A DNA stretch of 64,000 nt from Anolis carolinensis (taxonomy: Eukaryota): the NCBI RefSeq assembly GCF_035594765.1, contig NC_085841.1:342869402-342933401 (forward strand), read 5' to 3'. How positions within the stretch are numbered: the first letter of the stretch is position 1; the number at the start of each line of letters is the position of its first letter. The translations under genes and the position numbers were made by a program. This document shows positions 1 through 12,888 of the stretch, piece by piece. The notes beneath the pieces are model-generated. The model was not told the origin of the DNA and did not search any database. It worked only from the letters and a program-made list of their open reading frames with translations.

Positions 1-348
1 TGCCACCCACTCTTCTTCATCTATTGGCTTCCAGGCTTGGAACTCCCCAAAACAGCTGTTTCCATTCCATTGAAATATCTTCCCCAAAAATGCCCCTCCC
101 AGCAAATGTCAACTTCAACACCATTGTTACACAACAATCAAAAGAAAAGTAAAAAATATCCAAGTTCTCTTTTGATAACCATCTCAAGGCGTTTCTCTCT
201 CCCTTTCTCCTTCTATCACTCAAGTCACAAGAAAGGTGGCATTGCCCTGGTAATAGTGAGAACACACAACAAACAAAAGGGCTTGCTAATTGATACTTTA
301 TATAATTAATAAATATTGTATGTATAAAAGGGGAGGGGATAAATTAAG

Positions 349-349
349 A

Positions 350-392
<43 letters not shown>

Positions 393-393
393 T
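349..393. repeat. (TAT)n microsatellite
   Basis: about 14 perfect TAT units. Confidence 0.95.
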
Positions 394-584
394 TATTTTT
401 ACCACGCCCCCTCTCTTAGAAGGGGAAGAAAGCATAACCTTAACCCTCACGCACCAAAAAGAGGACAATTTAATCTCTGAAAATCATATTTTTATTGCAG
501 AGTCAACACAGAAATAGACCTACAACACAGGGATTCTACTTTTTTGTCATCTATATATAATTGTAAACAATGTTCTCCAATTTT

Positions 585-680
585 GGGTTTGAGAATTGGA
601 CTACAATACTGAAACTCAGCCATGAAAACAACTAGGTAACCTTGGGCAAGTCACATTATTTCAACCTCACAAGACAATGA
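585..680 (+). mobile_element. Fragment of tRNA/CORE-like SINE (family of 9918-10153)
   Basis: GGACTA...CAGCCATG...GGTAACCTTGGGCAAGTCAC resembles the copies at 9918 and 52091. Confidence 0.5.
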
Positions 681-1561
681 CACCCCCACCCCCCGCTCAA
701 GTAATTGTTCAAGTAATTACCTCATTAACATCTTTCTATTTACTAAGGTGGCTCTCATTTCTGCTTGCTCTTATTTTTGGGTGCCTACAAATAAATTCGA
801 GCCTATAAAGTGAACAACTACACTATGCTGGCTCTCCGCTCCACTGGCTACTAAATTATCAATCAGTACAGTCTACTCAGTTTAGAGAGAGGTACTAACA
901 ATTTGTTGGCAGAAACCTCTAACACCTCATCAAACTACAAACCCTAAGATTCTGTAAAACATTAAAAGTAGAAATAACACAGCTGTGCTGTGTTATTATA
1001 TCTTTTCTCTAGGAATCTTTACATCCTCCAGGGCGACGGTATGGTTGACTCGTTGAGTCAAATTAGATGACCTAAAGATTTCTAGTAATACAATTTTTCA
1101 AGTTTTTGTAGGTCCAGTGTGATTCTGTAGACAACTTCCAGTGGAAATTGATCATAGAATTACACTGGAGGACCTAGTTATTCCTAGGTCCATGGGCCCA
1201 AATGATATACATGTTGTCTCTCTGCCCTCATTCCCATCTGATTGTGCATATCTTTTTGGTGCACTGATGATGTACAAGTGTAATCTGTTTTCTGCTGAGC
1301 TGGAAAGCCCTGGGATCAGATGAGAAAATAAATGGATGCCTGCTGAAAGACTGCCTGAAGTCTCATAAGAGTGTTGAGTAATTTCTGCTTTGCTAAAATC
1401 ATGGGTTCAGCGGGCCTAGAGTGTCTAACTTTCTAAAAAGCCAAATCAGACACAGATTGGTAGAAGGCAAAGTCAGAGGTTTATTCTGAATGACCAGAGA
1501 GGATTTCAGTCAATTTGCACTCATTTAACATGTCAAGGGGAAGAGGACTAGAGGGGATGAA

Positions 1562-1785
1562 GGGTCCATCTACACCGCAAAGTTAATGCAGTTGATATTA
1601 CTTTAACTGCCATGGCTCAATGCTATGGAAATCTGGGAGCTGTAAGTTTGTAAGGCACCAGTATTCTTTGGCAGAGAAAGCTAAAGGCCTTGTAGAAAGA
1701 GAACTACCAGGATTGCACAGCATTGAGCCATGCCGGTTAAACTGGTGTCAAAATGGTGCGTTAATTTTACATTGTAAATGCACCT
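1562..1785. mobile_element. Palindromic MITE, PIF/Harbinger-like
   Basis: Ends GGGTCCATCTACAC / TGTAAATGCACC; internal inverted arms CATGGCTCAATGCT / AGCATTGAGCCATG; related copies at 4204-4371, 14070-14285 and 44525-44595. Confidence 0.7.
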
Positions 1786-2001
1786 TTCCCAGTAAAAGGC
1801 AAACTACTCCTACCTTGCCTACCTATCCTCATTAATAATTTTCATCTTGATAACACTCTGGCATTGCTTAACTACACTTTGTTTGGTTTACATCTGTGAA
1901 ATGTTGGTGGGTATGTAATGCTAGCACTGGCTTTCCATGATTGGCTGATTCACAGATAGCCTTCTTTGCTGAAGGTTAACAGCAAAATAACTATCTGTCC
2001 A

Positions 2002-2136
2002 CAGGCATGGGCAAACTTCGACCCTCCAGGTGCTTTGGACTTCAACTCCCACAATTCCTAACAGCCAGTAAGCTGCCTGATATTTCTGAGAATTGAAGTC
2101 CAAAACACCTGGGAGGCTGAAGTTTGCTCATGCCTT
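2002..2136. mobile_element. hAT-type hairpin MITE
   Basis: TIR CAGGCATGGGCAAACTT / AAGTTTGCTCATGCCT; the whole element is an imperfect palindrome. Confidence 0.85.
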
Positions 2137-2447
2137 GTCCAAGATGTTGGTCTTCCTTCTCACTTTGCAACAAGAAAAACACATCTGTTGGAGTTGCTGT
2201 AGAACACACCAAGATGAGTTGGTGCTAATCTCTGGACTAATTGAAAGGGTGGAGTGAGAAGAATGAAAATGAGGCAGGGAATCCATTTGGGAGGAATGTA
2301 AACTATGCAAATCTTATCCAGTGAATTCTAAAGGTCCTTCTACTTTGAAACTGAGATATGACAACACTGGTATGGCTAATATGGAAGACAGCTGTGACAT
2401 ATATTTACAGCAAACTTTCACTTTTATTATTTTTTTCTAATAAAATA

Positions 2448-2714
2448 CAGGTTTACCTTGTCCAAAATGCTTGGGACCGGAAGTATGTAGGATTTGGGAT
2501 TTTATTTTGAAATACCTGTTTGTGTTCATTTGTGTTTCATATAACTTATACACATCACCTGAAGGTAATTTTATACACAACATGTTAATAATGTCATGCA
2601 TGAAACATTGTTTGTATGCATTGGATCATCAAAAAACAAAGGGGTTACTCAGCCACCCATTTTGAATTTTTGGGTGATTCATATTTTGGAATTTCAGAAT
2701 AAAATGCTCAATTG
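2448..2714 (+). mobile_element. Tigger4/MER46-like non-autonomous Tc1-mariner element
   Basis: TA-CAGGTT...TCCAAAATGCTTGGGACCGGAAGT start and ...TTTGGAATTTCAGAATAAAATGCTCAA end; opposite-orientation relative at 36771-37598. Confidence 0.7.
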
Positions 2715-2730
2715 CTACTGACAATAACTG

Positions 2731-2944
2731 CTTTATCACACTAAGGCTTTAGAGCGAGCAGCCCCACATTTTTGATGTCTTCTGCTACCTGCAGAATTCT
2801 AGGAAATGTAGTTTGGGAAGGCAAAGACCTCTGTAGTTGAGAATTCAAAAGGCCCTACATGAAACTACATTTCCCAGAATTCTACAGGTGGCAGAATATG
2901 CCCAAAATGTGGAGCTACCCACTTTAAAGCCCTATGTGATAAAG
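2731..2944. mobile_element. Long palindromic MITE (about 214 bp hairpin)
   Basis: CTTTATCACA / TGTGATAAAG termini; inner arms AGAATTCTAGGAAATGTAGTTT / AAACTACATTTCCCAGAATTCT. Confidence 0.75.
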
Positions 2945-3460
2945 AAGTAGGTGTATTTTCTGTGTTTGGTGAAGGAGTAGGAAATATATGGTCCTTCAAA
3001 TGGTGGAGGATGGACTATATCTTAAATCAGCCTAGCTGCCTTAGGACCCATCCAGACTGGCCTAAAAACGGGAACCTGTCTCAGTTTTACCGGAGATGAC
3101 CAAATGATGTATCTGGTGCAACCAAATTAATTTGGAATAAAGCAGGGAAACCCTGTTTTGTTCTGAATTAATTAAATACCTAGTAAGATCCAGATCTTAG
3201 ATAAGATGCAAGTCTTACCAGGTGTGGGCCCTGTGTGGATTGGGCTCAGGAGCCGCATCACGTGATTCCCAGGCCCAATCCACACAGCCATCTTGATTTT
3301 TTGGTGCCAGTTTTGCTCCTTTCTGAAAGACCCATAGTCAATGGTGAGGGATAATGGGAGCTACAGGCTAACAACGTCGAGAGAGCCACACTTACTGAAT
3401 CTCTGTTTTAAGATTTACTTGAATCTAATGACCATTTTTTTGGTGTTACTGTCTGGTTTA

Positions 3461-3778
3461 GTGAGCCCTGGTGGCACAGCAGATTAAACCATTTAGCTGC
3501 AGAAGATCGGTGATTCGAATCCGGGGAGCGGGGTGAGCTCCTGCTGTTAGACCCAGCTTCTGCCAACCTAGCAGTTTGAAAACATGCAAATGTGAGTAGA
3601 TCGATAGGTACTGCTCTGGTGGGAAGGTAACGACGCTCCATGCAGTCATGCCAACCACATGACCTTGGAAGGGTCTATGGACAATGCTGGCTGTTTGGCA
3701 TAGAAATGGAGATGAGCATCAACCCCCAGAGTTGGACACAACTAGACTTAATGTCAGAGGAAAACCTTTAACTTTTAC
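3461..3778 (+). mobile_element. Sauria SINE
   Basis: tRNA-like head with B-box-like TTCGAATCC, body CCAACCTAGCAGTTTGAAAACATGCAAATGTGAGTAGATC, ACCTTT tail. Confidence 0.9.
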
Positions 3779-4203
3779 TGTTTCATTATCTGGGCATAGG
3801 ACAAAGGGAGGCCAAGACAGAGAAGGATAATCCATTTTATTGGGGGAGGAGTAAAACTATTCCCCCCCATTTTCCTGGTATACTCCTCACCCATGTCGCC
3901 ATTGTGGAAAAAAATCTTCATTTATAACATGGGAAGCAGGGAGGTGGAATAACCAATGAAAATGGGGAAATGATTTTCCTCCTTCAACACCCTCCCCCCA
4001 CCCCATAAAATTGACTGTCTAGGCCTCCTTTTAGAGTCTGCCCAGATAATGGAACAGTATCTGTTTGGCTAAATCACATTGCCAAAATTAAGATGTGCGT
4101 TAGATTTGTGTAATATGGTAATCTTAGTGCTGAGCCAAAGCAAAAGGGGAAGCTAATTCAGAAACACCTAGAGTTCTTATTTGAGGGATTTTATCTCTAA
4201 TTC

Positions 4204-4371
4204 AATTGCCCTGGGTCAATGCTGTGTGATCCTGGGATTTTTATTTTGGTGTGGCATCAACATACTTTGGCAGAGAAGTCTCAAGACCTTGTAAAATTAC
4301 AGCCTCCAGGATTCCAAAGCATTAAGCCAGGGCAGGGAAAGTGGATTCATTTTACAGCATAGATGCACCCC
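4204..4371. mobile_element. Harbinger-like MITE, partial
   Basis: Similar to 1562-1785; ends TAGATGCACCC. Confidence 0.65.
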
Positions 4372-5491
4372 AAGATTGTCTTTTCTATTGCTGAAAGCTT
4401 TGGTGTTTTTTAAATTAGAAATCATAAGCATGCAGCTACTGTAATGCACATCTTTTTGGGCCAAATTACAAAGAGTGTACTTTTTGCCACTGCACCTACA
4501 TTCACCAGCAAATCCTTTTTTTTCCATTTTTTTTTTTTGGTTTCAGGGTTTTGAAAATTGAAATGTGCAATAGATTTAATGGTGCATTAGACTCGGGTAA
4601 AAATGGGTATGGCATTTAAGAATGAGGTTTTATCACTGTATTCAACATCAAGCTAACTTGAAATTACCTGAAATAATATGTTTTGTCTGATGCCAACTAA
4701 GACTTCAGGGAGACTGTGCTGAAGTCATTGGGTGTGGAAGGCAAGAAGACAATAGTCTAATCAGGATGGTGCTCTTTAACAATAGTTTTGTAAGTCAATC
4801 AGACCTGAATATCAAATCAGTGGTATTATTACCGGTAGTCAGGTTTATGGGAGAAGTGAATGAAAACATTAGCACAAAATAGATTTATACTTTCAGATTG
4901 ACAGGAAAAAAATGATGTCAGGATTGAAATAATATTTGTAAAATGCCACCTCTATGATATATATAATTTAATTTAGCCCCTCTGGGGATTTAAGTTCTAT
5001 AGATGTAAAATGTGTGAAATTAAGTCAAAAGATTCTGTGTAGAAAAAGCAACACATTGACTGACGTTGTAAGTTGTTCTCCTAATTTTTGATATTCATGT
5101 TTATGGATATTAATGACCAAATGTAACCCTGAAATCTTACCTCTTAAGTCAGTGATCCCTAGCTGTAGTTCTTCTGAGGGCGCTTCCAGGCAGTGCCAAA
5201 ATCCGGGTTTAAAATGGGAGGTAAAAAATCTTGGGACCTGACTGCAGGTCCCCACATAGACCTGTTAGTCCTGGGATTAAGTTCCTCACCATCATCACTG
5301 GCTTCCTCTGTATCAGATCAAGATGGAGGGTGAACAGGAAACATCTGGTGAAAGGTTGTTTTTTAAAAAAAAAAAACACTCTGTTATGCGCTGGACCTCA
5401 TATGCACATATGCAAATATCTGAATATACACAAAAGCATATTTGTTATTTCTCTCTTTCCCCAATTCTTAATGCAAGCTCTTTTTAATATT

Positions 5492-5818
5492 AAAGGTAAA
5501 GGTTTTACCCTGACATTAAGTCTAATCGTGTCCGACTCTGGGGGTTGGTGCTCATATCCTTTTCTAAGGTGAAGAGTCGGTGTTATCTGTAGACACTTCC
5601 AAGGTCATATGGCTGGCATGACTGCATGGAGCAGGGTACCTTCCTGCCAGAGCGGTACCTATTGATCTACTCACATTTGCATGTTTTCAAACTGCTAGGT
5701 TAGCAGAAGCTGGGGCTAACAGCAGGAACTCACCCCACTCCCCAGATTCAAACTGCTGACCTTTTGGTCAGCAAATTCAGCAGCTCAGCAGTTTAACCCG
5801 CTGCACTACTGGGGCTCC
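5492..5818 (-). mobile_element. Sauria SINE
   Basis: (AAAGGT)n tail at left, head at right; probable TSD TTTAATATTA on both sides. Confidence 0.92.
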
Positions 5819-6599
5819 TGTTTAATATTATAACCTGTGAAAGAAAGAGTTTCGGAGAGTTCTAATTGCTCTCTGTTTGTGCTTCCTTTAAACCAGTTGT
5901 GTGTCCATTTGACAGACCAGTCAGCTAATCAGAGGACATGAGATGGTGCAATTTCCACAGGGAGGGAAGGAAGGAAATTGTGTGTTTCGAATAACTACAG
6001 GATTATACAGTCATGTGAATATGCGCATTTTCCAGCCAAAATTGGGATATAAGGGGACATTTTTACAATGTGTTTTTCCTCTGTTAATGTAAATTAGCAC
6101 GGATTTAGCACTAGTGTCATTTTAGCCACTCCCCTTTTTAGCCCAGTTAATTTTGCATTTTGGGTGCTGTGTAGAAGGACCCTGAGATGGTGCAAATTGG
6201 GGCACCAGGAGTCGTTCCTCACAAGTAGGTTATTGCATGGGTGATTTAGGATGCTGAAGGCCGGTTTTTCTAAGGTTATCCAGTGTGTGCCGGGGTGATT
6301 GGTATAGTCTACCTGCACAATGCTTTCATGGTGCCTTACTTTCACCTGTATGCTAATACTATAGTTAGATCATATAGGGGCTGTATAGTCATGCACCACT
6401 TTCGGACCTACTAAATATGAATTTAGCTTCATTTTAGTGCCGTCTGCTCTGATTGTGTGCTGCTTTTGCGATCTGTCCTTTCTTTTTAGGCATGTTTTGG
6501 TCTGTGTGACTTACTCATGTCTCTGAGTACTTTGCTCAGTTAGGCCACTTGTTCCTGTGTTGTTCTTTTAGTATTAGCGCCACACTATTATGCAGATCC

Positions 6600-8160
6600 T
6601 AACCCTTATTGTTTGGCAAGTCTTGTCATTCCCTGTAAATATTTTGTTCAATATAGCCTCTGAAAATGGTGTTTCCAAGGGGAAAGGTCCCACTAAGAAG
6701 TCTCCAGCTAGAAGCCACCTCCAGTTCCCCCATAATTTTCTGAGGATGCCAGTGAATTGAATGAAAGAAGTCCCATTATGGCACAAACTGAGGAGCTTGA
6801 GAATTTTCACCTAAGGTCCTGGGAGGATGCATAAGAAGAAAATCATTATAAGATTTGGCATAATTGGCTTTCTGGACTGTTTATTTATTCAGGAGTGAGT
6901 TCAATCCTGGAGAGTGTATTCATTCATCTGAAATATGGATATTATACACCAAGTTTTTTTCTTGGCATGCATGGCTACTATAAGGTAGGGGCTTCAGGAT
7001 GATGGCTGCTATGCACCCCACCTTGAGATGGGATGAGGTACATTCAGAGATGTGGTTATATCTTATCACCTCTACATGTCCAGAGTCTGGAGACTGGTCA
7101 CATTGTGGTCATATAATCCAGAATGGTCAGGTACAGACAGCTTCATGAACAGATGAAGCTGACTAAACTGGATTGGAAGTTGGAGTTGAGAAATGTGACA
7201 TTAAGTCTTCATTTTGCTTTCTTTCTCTTCATCTAGGTGATTTTGAATTGTTAGGCTTTATTTTGAAGGCTTATTACACATGGACCTATAGGATGCTTGA
7301 TGTCATGCTTTTAAAATGTTTAATACTTTTCATGAGTGGGTCCCATTCAAGTTGGAATCAGGGCAGAGAGGTGTGAATAATGGCCTTGATGATTTTTCAT
7401 TTATTGGCCTTGTGTGGTTAGGGCAATGTGCCAATCTGGCAAAGGTGTTTGTTTCATTAATTGAGGAGTTGGGTGTATGCCTGGCACATGAGAAAACAGA
7501 GGCCCTACTACTTGTTTGGCTTTCCTAATATTGAGATCGATACTCTTTCTCAACACTGCAGGTTGCCTGCAGAGAAGCTTGGGAGTTTGTACACTAGGGT
7601 GTCTTCCTTTTTTAACTTAAGGAGGGTGCTCTTAGGTAATTTCAAAGGATAATTGGTCATTTGAACTTTACCTGTTGGGTTACAGCTTCTAGTAGGACTT
7701 TTTATGGCATCCCTGTGATGGTATCTCAGGCATGCATCAATCCCATCATAGAATTTGGTTTACCAGGAAAATTAGGGAGGATTTGCAGGCTTGGCAGGGT
7801 TTCTTGGTTTCTTGAAATAATTTCTTTTTGAAGGAATGACTCCATGATACATTGAAGATCTCCTCAGGTGTGGTAGCATCCAATTTGGAGTTTATATTTG
7901 TGGACACTTGTATGCCAAGGTTTGGTCGGTGAAATGAGAAAATAAAGTTTTTAGGACACCCCCCCCCCCCCCCCGCAGTTGGAATTGTGGTTAAGATTTT
8001 GGCAAATACATAAATTCGCCAACCCTTTTGTCCATTTCTGGTGTGAATAACATGGCAACAATTCAAATTCTCAGTGCTATGTTCTTCAAGTTCCTCAAGG
8101 TTATGCATCTGGTTAGGACATTTGTTTTGCAGTGCTTATAATATTTTGTTTATGGCTCTC
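6600..8160 (+). mobile_element. Decayed DIRS/Ngaro tyrosine-recombinase retrotransposon (gag, RT, RNaseH remnants)
   Basis: Broken-frame motifs: FRMMAAMHPTLRWD (gag-like), KCDIKSSF..LHLGDFELLGF, LDDFSFIG, ELGVCLAHEKTE, IEIDT..CRLPAEKL (RT), FANPFVHFWC and VMHLVRTFVLQCL (RNaseH); boundaries approximate. Confidence 0.78.
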
Positions 8161-8408
8161 CATATGGGTAATATGGACAAAGCTTTACCACCAATAGATG
8201 AATTGCATTGGACAATAAACTCCAAAAGAAGATGCCTGTAGTCCTGTAAGGGATCCTGGGAACTAATGTCCAAAACTTGGCATCTACCTTTACACTGGCT
8301 TTCTATTTTTCCACATGCTTTCTAATCAAGACAAGTCTGAAAATGGGACAGATTTGTTTTTACATGCCTTTCCAACAAAAAGATAAGTATGATATTGGGA
8401 GCATGTTA

Positions 8409-8754
8409 CAGTAGACTCTCAGTTAACCAAAATGCAAGTAACCGGAAATTTCAAGCAATGAGCAAGAATCAAAGAGACAATACTATAAATAAAAATTAAA
8501 ATAAAATCAATTTTAGGGAACATAGCTGTTATTATACTATAGTAAAATTGTATCAGGTTTGTCTATTTGCCTTTATTTGCTTTCAATTATTGTATTTCAA
8601 TACTAATATCAAGTCAATATAGAGTTTATGGTATGGTATAGTATAGGAGTGTAGTACGAGGCCTATTTTTAATAGTAACTCTCAAGCAACTAGAAATCAC
8701 ATTTTTGTGTCAACTACCAATCCCTATGGGGGCCAGTTAACTGAGAGTCTACTG
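8409..8754. mobile_element. Tigger/pogo-type MITE
   Basis: Perfect TIR CAGTAGACTCTCAGTTAAC / GTTAACTGAGAGTCTACTG with TA on both sides. Confidence 0.92.
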
Positions 8755-9610
8755 TATTACTCTGTTTTATTATGATATGTACTTTTATCACACCTCAGTA
8801 ACAAATTTCCCACTTTGTTCAAAGTAATGAATTTCCAATACAACACGAAATGCTTTGCATTTTTACACTGGAAGAAACTCAAATGAATAAAATCTTATGT
8901 ATTTATCTAATTTGGAAACCGACTCTGAGAGGACTTATTTTCTATGCAAATGTCAAAAGTTTGTTTTTAAAAGAAATCCCCATACTTTAGATAATAAAGG
9001 ATAAAACTTTACATAAAATGTCCTTAAACTTATACAGATATGCAATCTTGAGATTAATTTGAATATCAATATCTATGTTGTCAACATCAGACTATTTCTA
9101 AATAGCACATGTCATTCTCTTCAATTTCAGTATTTTACCCAATGTTTGTGACATCCATAGCATAGCACTTTGTGCCACCTGCTGGTTAAGTACTGAGTTT
9201 TCACATTTGGCCAAAACACATTTGCACTGTGAAATGCAACCAGCTTCCAAGAGGAAAGAAAAAATCCAAGATGCAAAACTAGTACAGATTGGGTTTTCTT
9301 TTGAATGATACAGAGTACAGGGATATGGATGGTGCCTTTATTCTTCTGGCTTTATGTGTACAGACATATGTCAGTTAACAAACCTTCTGACAAAGAAGCT
9401 TCCTTTCTGACAAAGCTGTTTAACACCTGCCCAAACTTTCCTTCCCCTTTGTTCTCTGTTTCACTACATGTTTTTTTAGCAGCATGGCATTTGGAGGATA
9501 ATACAGAGGGTTTGAGATACACAGACTTTTGATGCAGGGTTGCAGCAGAACAATGCAATGAACAATGCAATAATTCTTGAAACATGAAAGAATAGGGTCT
9601 TATTCTAGCT

Positions 9611-9745
9611 CAGTGGTTCTCAGCCTGGGATCCCCAGATGTTTTTGGCCTACAACTCCCAGAAATCCCAGCTAGTTTACCAGCTGTTAGGATTTCTGGGA
9701 GTTGAAAGCCAAAAACATCTGGGGACCCCAGGTTGAGAACCACTG
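9611..9745. mobile_element. hAT-type hairpin MITE
   Basis: TIR CAGTGGTTCTCAGCCTGGG / CCCAGGTTGAGAACCACTG; near-perfect palindrome. Confidence 0.9.
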
Positions 9746-9917
9746 TCTAACTGATCCTGCTGTAGATGTCTTATACATGCCTACAGTAAGGTAAGCAGCT
9801 GCCTACAGTATTCCTTACTGAGCATTCATGAACAGCAAAACAGGAAGAAAAGAAGGAAAACAGATTAGCCTGCCTCACCAGCTAACACGAAACAAAAACA
9901 GAACTATATTTGAATCA

Positions 9918-10153
9918 GCATAGTGTTATAATTTGAGGGCCGGACTAGGATTCTGAGAGACCAGCTTTGCACCCCTGCTTAGCCATAGAAACCATGGGTC
10001 ATCTTGAGCAAGTCACTATCTCTCAGCCTCAAAAGAAAGCAATGGCAAACCCCCTCTAAACAAATTTTGCCATTGAAACCCTCTGATAGGTTTTGCTTTA
10101 GGGTTACCAAAAGTGAGAAATGACTTGAAGGTACCTAACGAATGATAACAACA
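9918..10153 (+). mobile_element. tRNA/CORE-like SINE with (CAA)n-type tail
   Basis: Head, GAGCAAGTCACTATCTCTCAGCCTC core, GAAATGACTTGAAGG...ACAACA tail; relatives at 14040-14355, 51185-51371 and 52091-52268. Confidence 0.75.
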
Positions 10154-11164
10154 TGCTTGACCAACAAAATAGAATTCATTAGAAAAGTGGAAGCTTCTAA
10201 AAGACCCCTTAAAAATCACCCCTGGAGACATTTTGAAAGATACTTTCAAGCCTTTTCTTGACTGTTCAAAATTGCCTTTTTTGAGATGTCAGGTTTTCCT
10301 TACCTGACTGTTTTTTTCACATCTGCATTTTGTAATTTTTTAATAAAAAGTTTGCTGAAATATGTTCAACTGCTCTTCTTTTTTTGCTATGTAAGAATGT
10401 ATCCCTCTTTTTTGATGTTCTTTCTGTTAAAGAAATAATGCTCAAGAAAACATGTACTTCATTGCACCAGGTTCACCTGTATATAAGTACAGTAGGAACA
10501 GAAGACAAAGAGGACAGTAAAAACTGTTAATCCTGTATTGGATTTAAGAGGAAGGCAGTTCCAACCCAAAGAACTTCACAGCTGTCTTTCTTACCTCCCT
10601 CTTTCTGCCTTTGAGTTTGTACAATTCAAAACGCTTACGGCAAGGGTGGGTAATGTGAGGCCTTCCTGTTGTAGCTGGAACATAATTTACATCAGCTGTA
10701 GCCAATGGTGATGAAATCTGGCAGATATAGTAACAACATCTGGAGGGGTAGGTTTCCCACACCTTGGGGTGATAAGGAAACCCTAAGGCTCTTTTGGATA
10801 ATATGTATTTAAGCCAAACATCAACATTGTGACATATATACACACACAGGAAACTCACAACAACAACAACAAAGATGGTTTATTTTATACGATAGCTTTC
10901 TGCCATTTATTCTTCTCAGCCTTATTTCCCCAATGTATATTAGCACTTTACATTGAGCATTTCATTTGATCAGCTAATTATTCTTCTTTTAAAGGTCTAC
11001 TGTACCTAAAATGTGTGATTCTCTGAACATAAGCAACATTTTCTTTTGTGGCACAACATATTTATTGGTTTATAGCTGCCCTGAGTCCCTCTCTAAGGAG
11101 ATGAGGTGGGGTACATGTAAAGCTTATTATTATATTATTTGCAGTTCCATGTGGAACAGGTGTT

Positions 11165-11477
11165 TCTTAGGAAGGTTACATGATAGATAATGTTTAAATA
11201 TTTGAAGATATTTTCTGCTTCTCTAGAAACTACAATGTGGGGCAATGGATAAAAACTTCAGAGGGGAAATTCTACTTCGATATTAGGAAGAAATTAGAAA
11301 CTTGGATAATAATTTCCTGATGGTAAGACATTGGAATATATTGCCACGGAGTATGGTGGAATGTCCTCTGAAGACTGGGTGTCTTGTCTATCTTTCGGAA
11401 GTGCTTTGATTGGGTGTTCCTGCATGGTTGGACTGGATGGTCCTTATGGTCTTTTCCAATTCTATGATGCTATGATT
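11165..11477 (+). mobile_element. Old CR1 3' fragment
   Basis: TTAGGAAGAA..TTCCTGATGGTAAGA, GGTTGGACTGGATGG..TTCCAATTCTATGATGCTATGATT tail. Confidence 0.8.
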
Positions 11478-12517
11478 GGATGAGCTCATCATGTGGATCC
11501 ATCCACTCTGAAACAAAATGACAAAAGCTGGTATTCAAGTTAAAGGATGCAAATATTATTTTAGTAATTAATTTATTAGTAATTAATTTAATTTGACATT
11601 AAATAATTAGTAATTATATATAAAAGCTTTCAGATGGCTGAGAGAAATGGAATATAAATTCTGAGTATCAGATCTCCATGATGATAATGATAACAGTGAT
11701 ATTGTAATATTATATAATCTGCAGCATGTGCTTTTATGCACAACTGTATTATGTTGAACTCAAAAAGATATATACTAAAATGGAACGTTAATTTTATTAA
11801 ATAGTGAGATGTAGAAATACTGCCATCGACTGGCACAACTCATTACATACATTATAAGGAAAGAAGAGACTTATAAAAAAGATATTTGATTTTATTTCAA
11901 TTCCTATTTTCCTGTGATGATTGAGGGCTACAATAATTTTCTTTAGGGTAGTATCAGACCACAATTTGAAATTTTCTATGGGCCAGATTATAATACTAGA
12001 AATACTCACCGATGGAATGGTCTCAGCTCATTGATACAATGTGTGGATATTCTGCCCATGTTTTTTGACTTAGGAGGCTAAACAAATGGATTTTGTGAGG
12101 ATCGTTTGGTCAGGCTGGTAGAGAGTAACTGACCTTTATTAAGCCAAGTGAGTTTTATGACTGCATGGAGGGATGAACTTGATTTGCCAAGTCCCATTCC
12201 AACATTTTAATAGTTACACCCCATTGACTTTATTCTATTCTAAAAACATAGAATAGATAATCTTGGGTACCAGCTTGGCCTCCTTTTATGAGACCGTCAG
12301 AGCTCTAAGAACTTCCTGAGAGAAGTTTTCTCTATCCCAGCACCTTCTCAAGATTGATTGGTAGGAACAATGGAGAGGGACTTCTCAGTGGCTTCTCATA
12401 GACCTTGCATCTCCTTACCTAGAGAGGCCATGGTTTGTATGCAAGTTAAAATATATGTAGGCTCCATCAATAACAGTATAGTGTTTAGATGGAGAACAGT
12501 TTCATTCTATTCTGCTT

Positions 12518-12888
12518 CTTCCACCCTTCTCACACCGAAGGGGACTCAGGGCAGATTACAATACACATATACATGGCAAACATTCAATGCCATTATTAGA
12601 TATACAACATATAAACAGACAACAGAAGCAGTTTAACATTTTTCCAGCTTCCGGCTTCATGAAGATATGCTCAGTTCCACTTCATTGTTCATTTGATGGT
12701 AGTACTTCCTTATTCCTAGAATTTTCTACTGAACAGATGCAACTGTTTTCGAGCTGCTTAGGTTGGCAGCGAACTAGGCTATTAACAGTCAGGAGCTCAA
12801 TCCAACCCAGGCTTCGATCCCATGACCTCTCGGTCAGTAGTGATTTATTGCAACTGGCTACTAATCAGCTGCGCCACAGCCCGGCCCC
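12518..12888 (-). mobile_element. L2-tailed tRNA SINE (Anolis SINE2-like)
   Basis: Minus-strand head GGGCCGGGCTGTGGCGCAG; L2-type tail GCCCTGAGTCCCCTTCGGTGTGAGAAGGG; homologous to 37010-37491. Confidence 0.85.

Noticed and set aside
1262-1300. TGATGA...CTGA resembling a C/D snoRNA
   Set aside because: Too short, imperfect box C and no terminal stem
12010-12078. Possible minus-strand 68-nt exon with a GTGAGT donor
   Set aside because: Weak acceptor and no recognisable peptide
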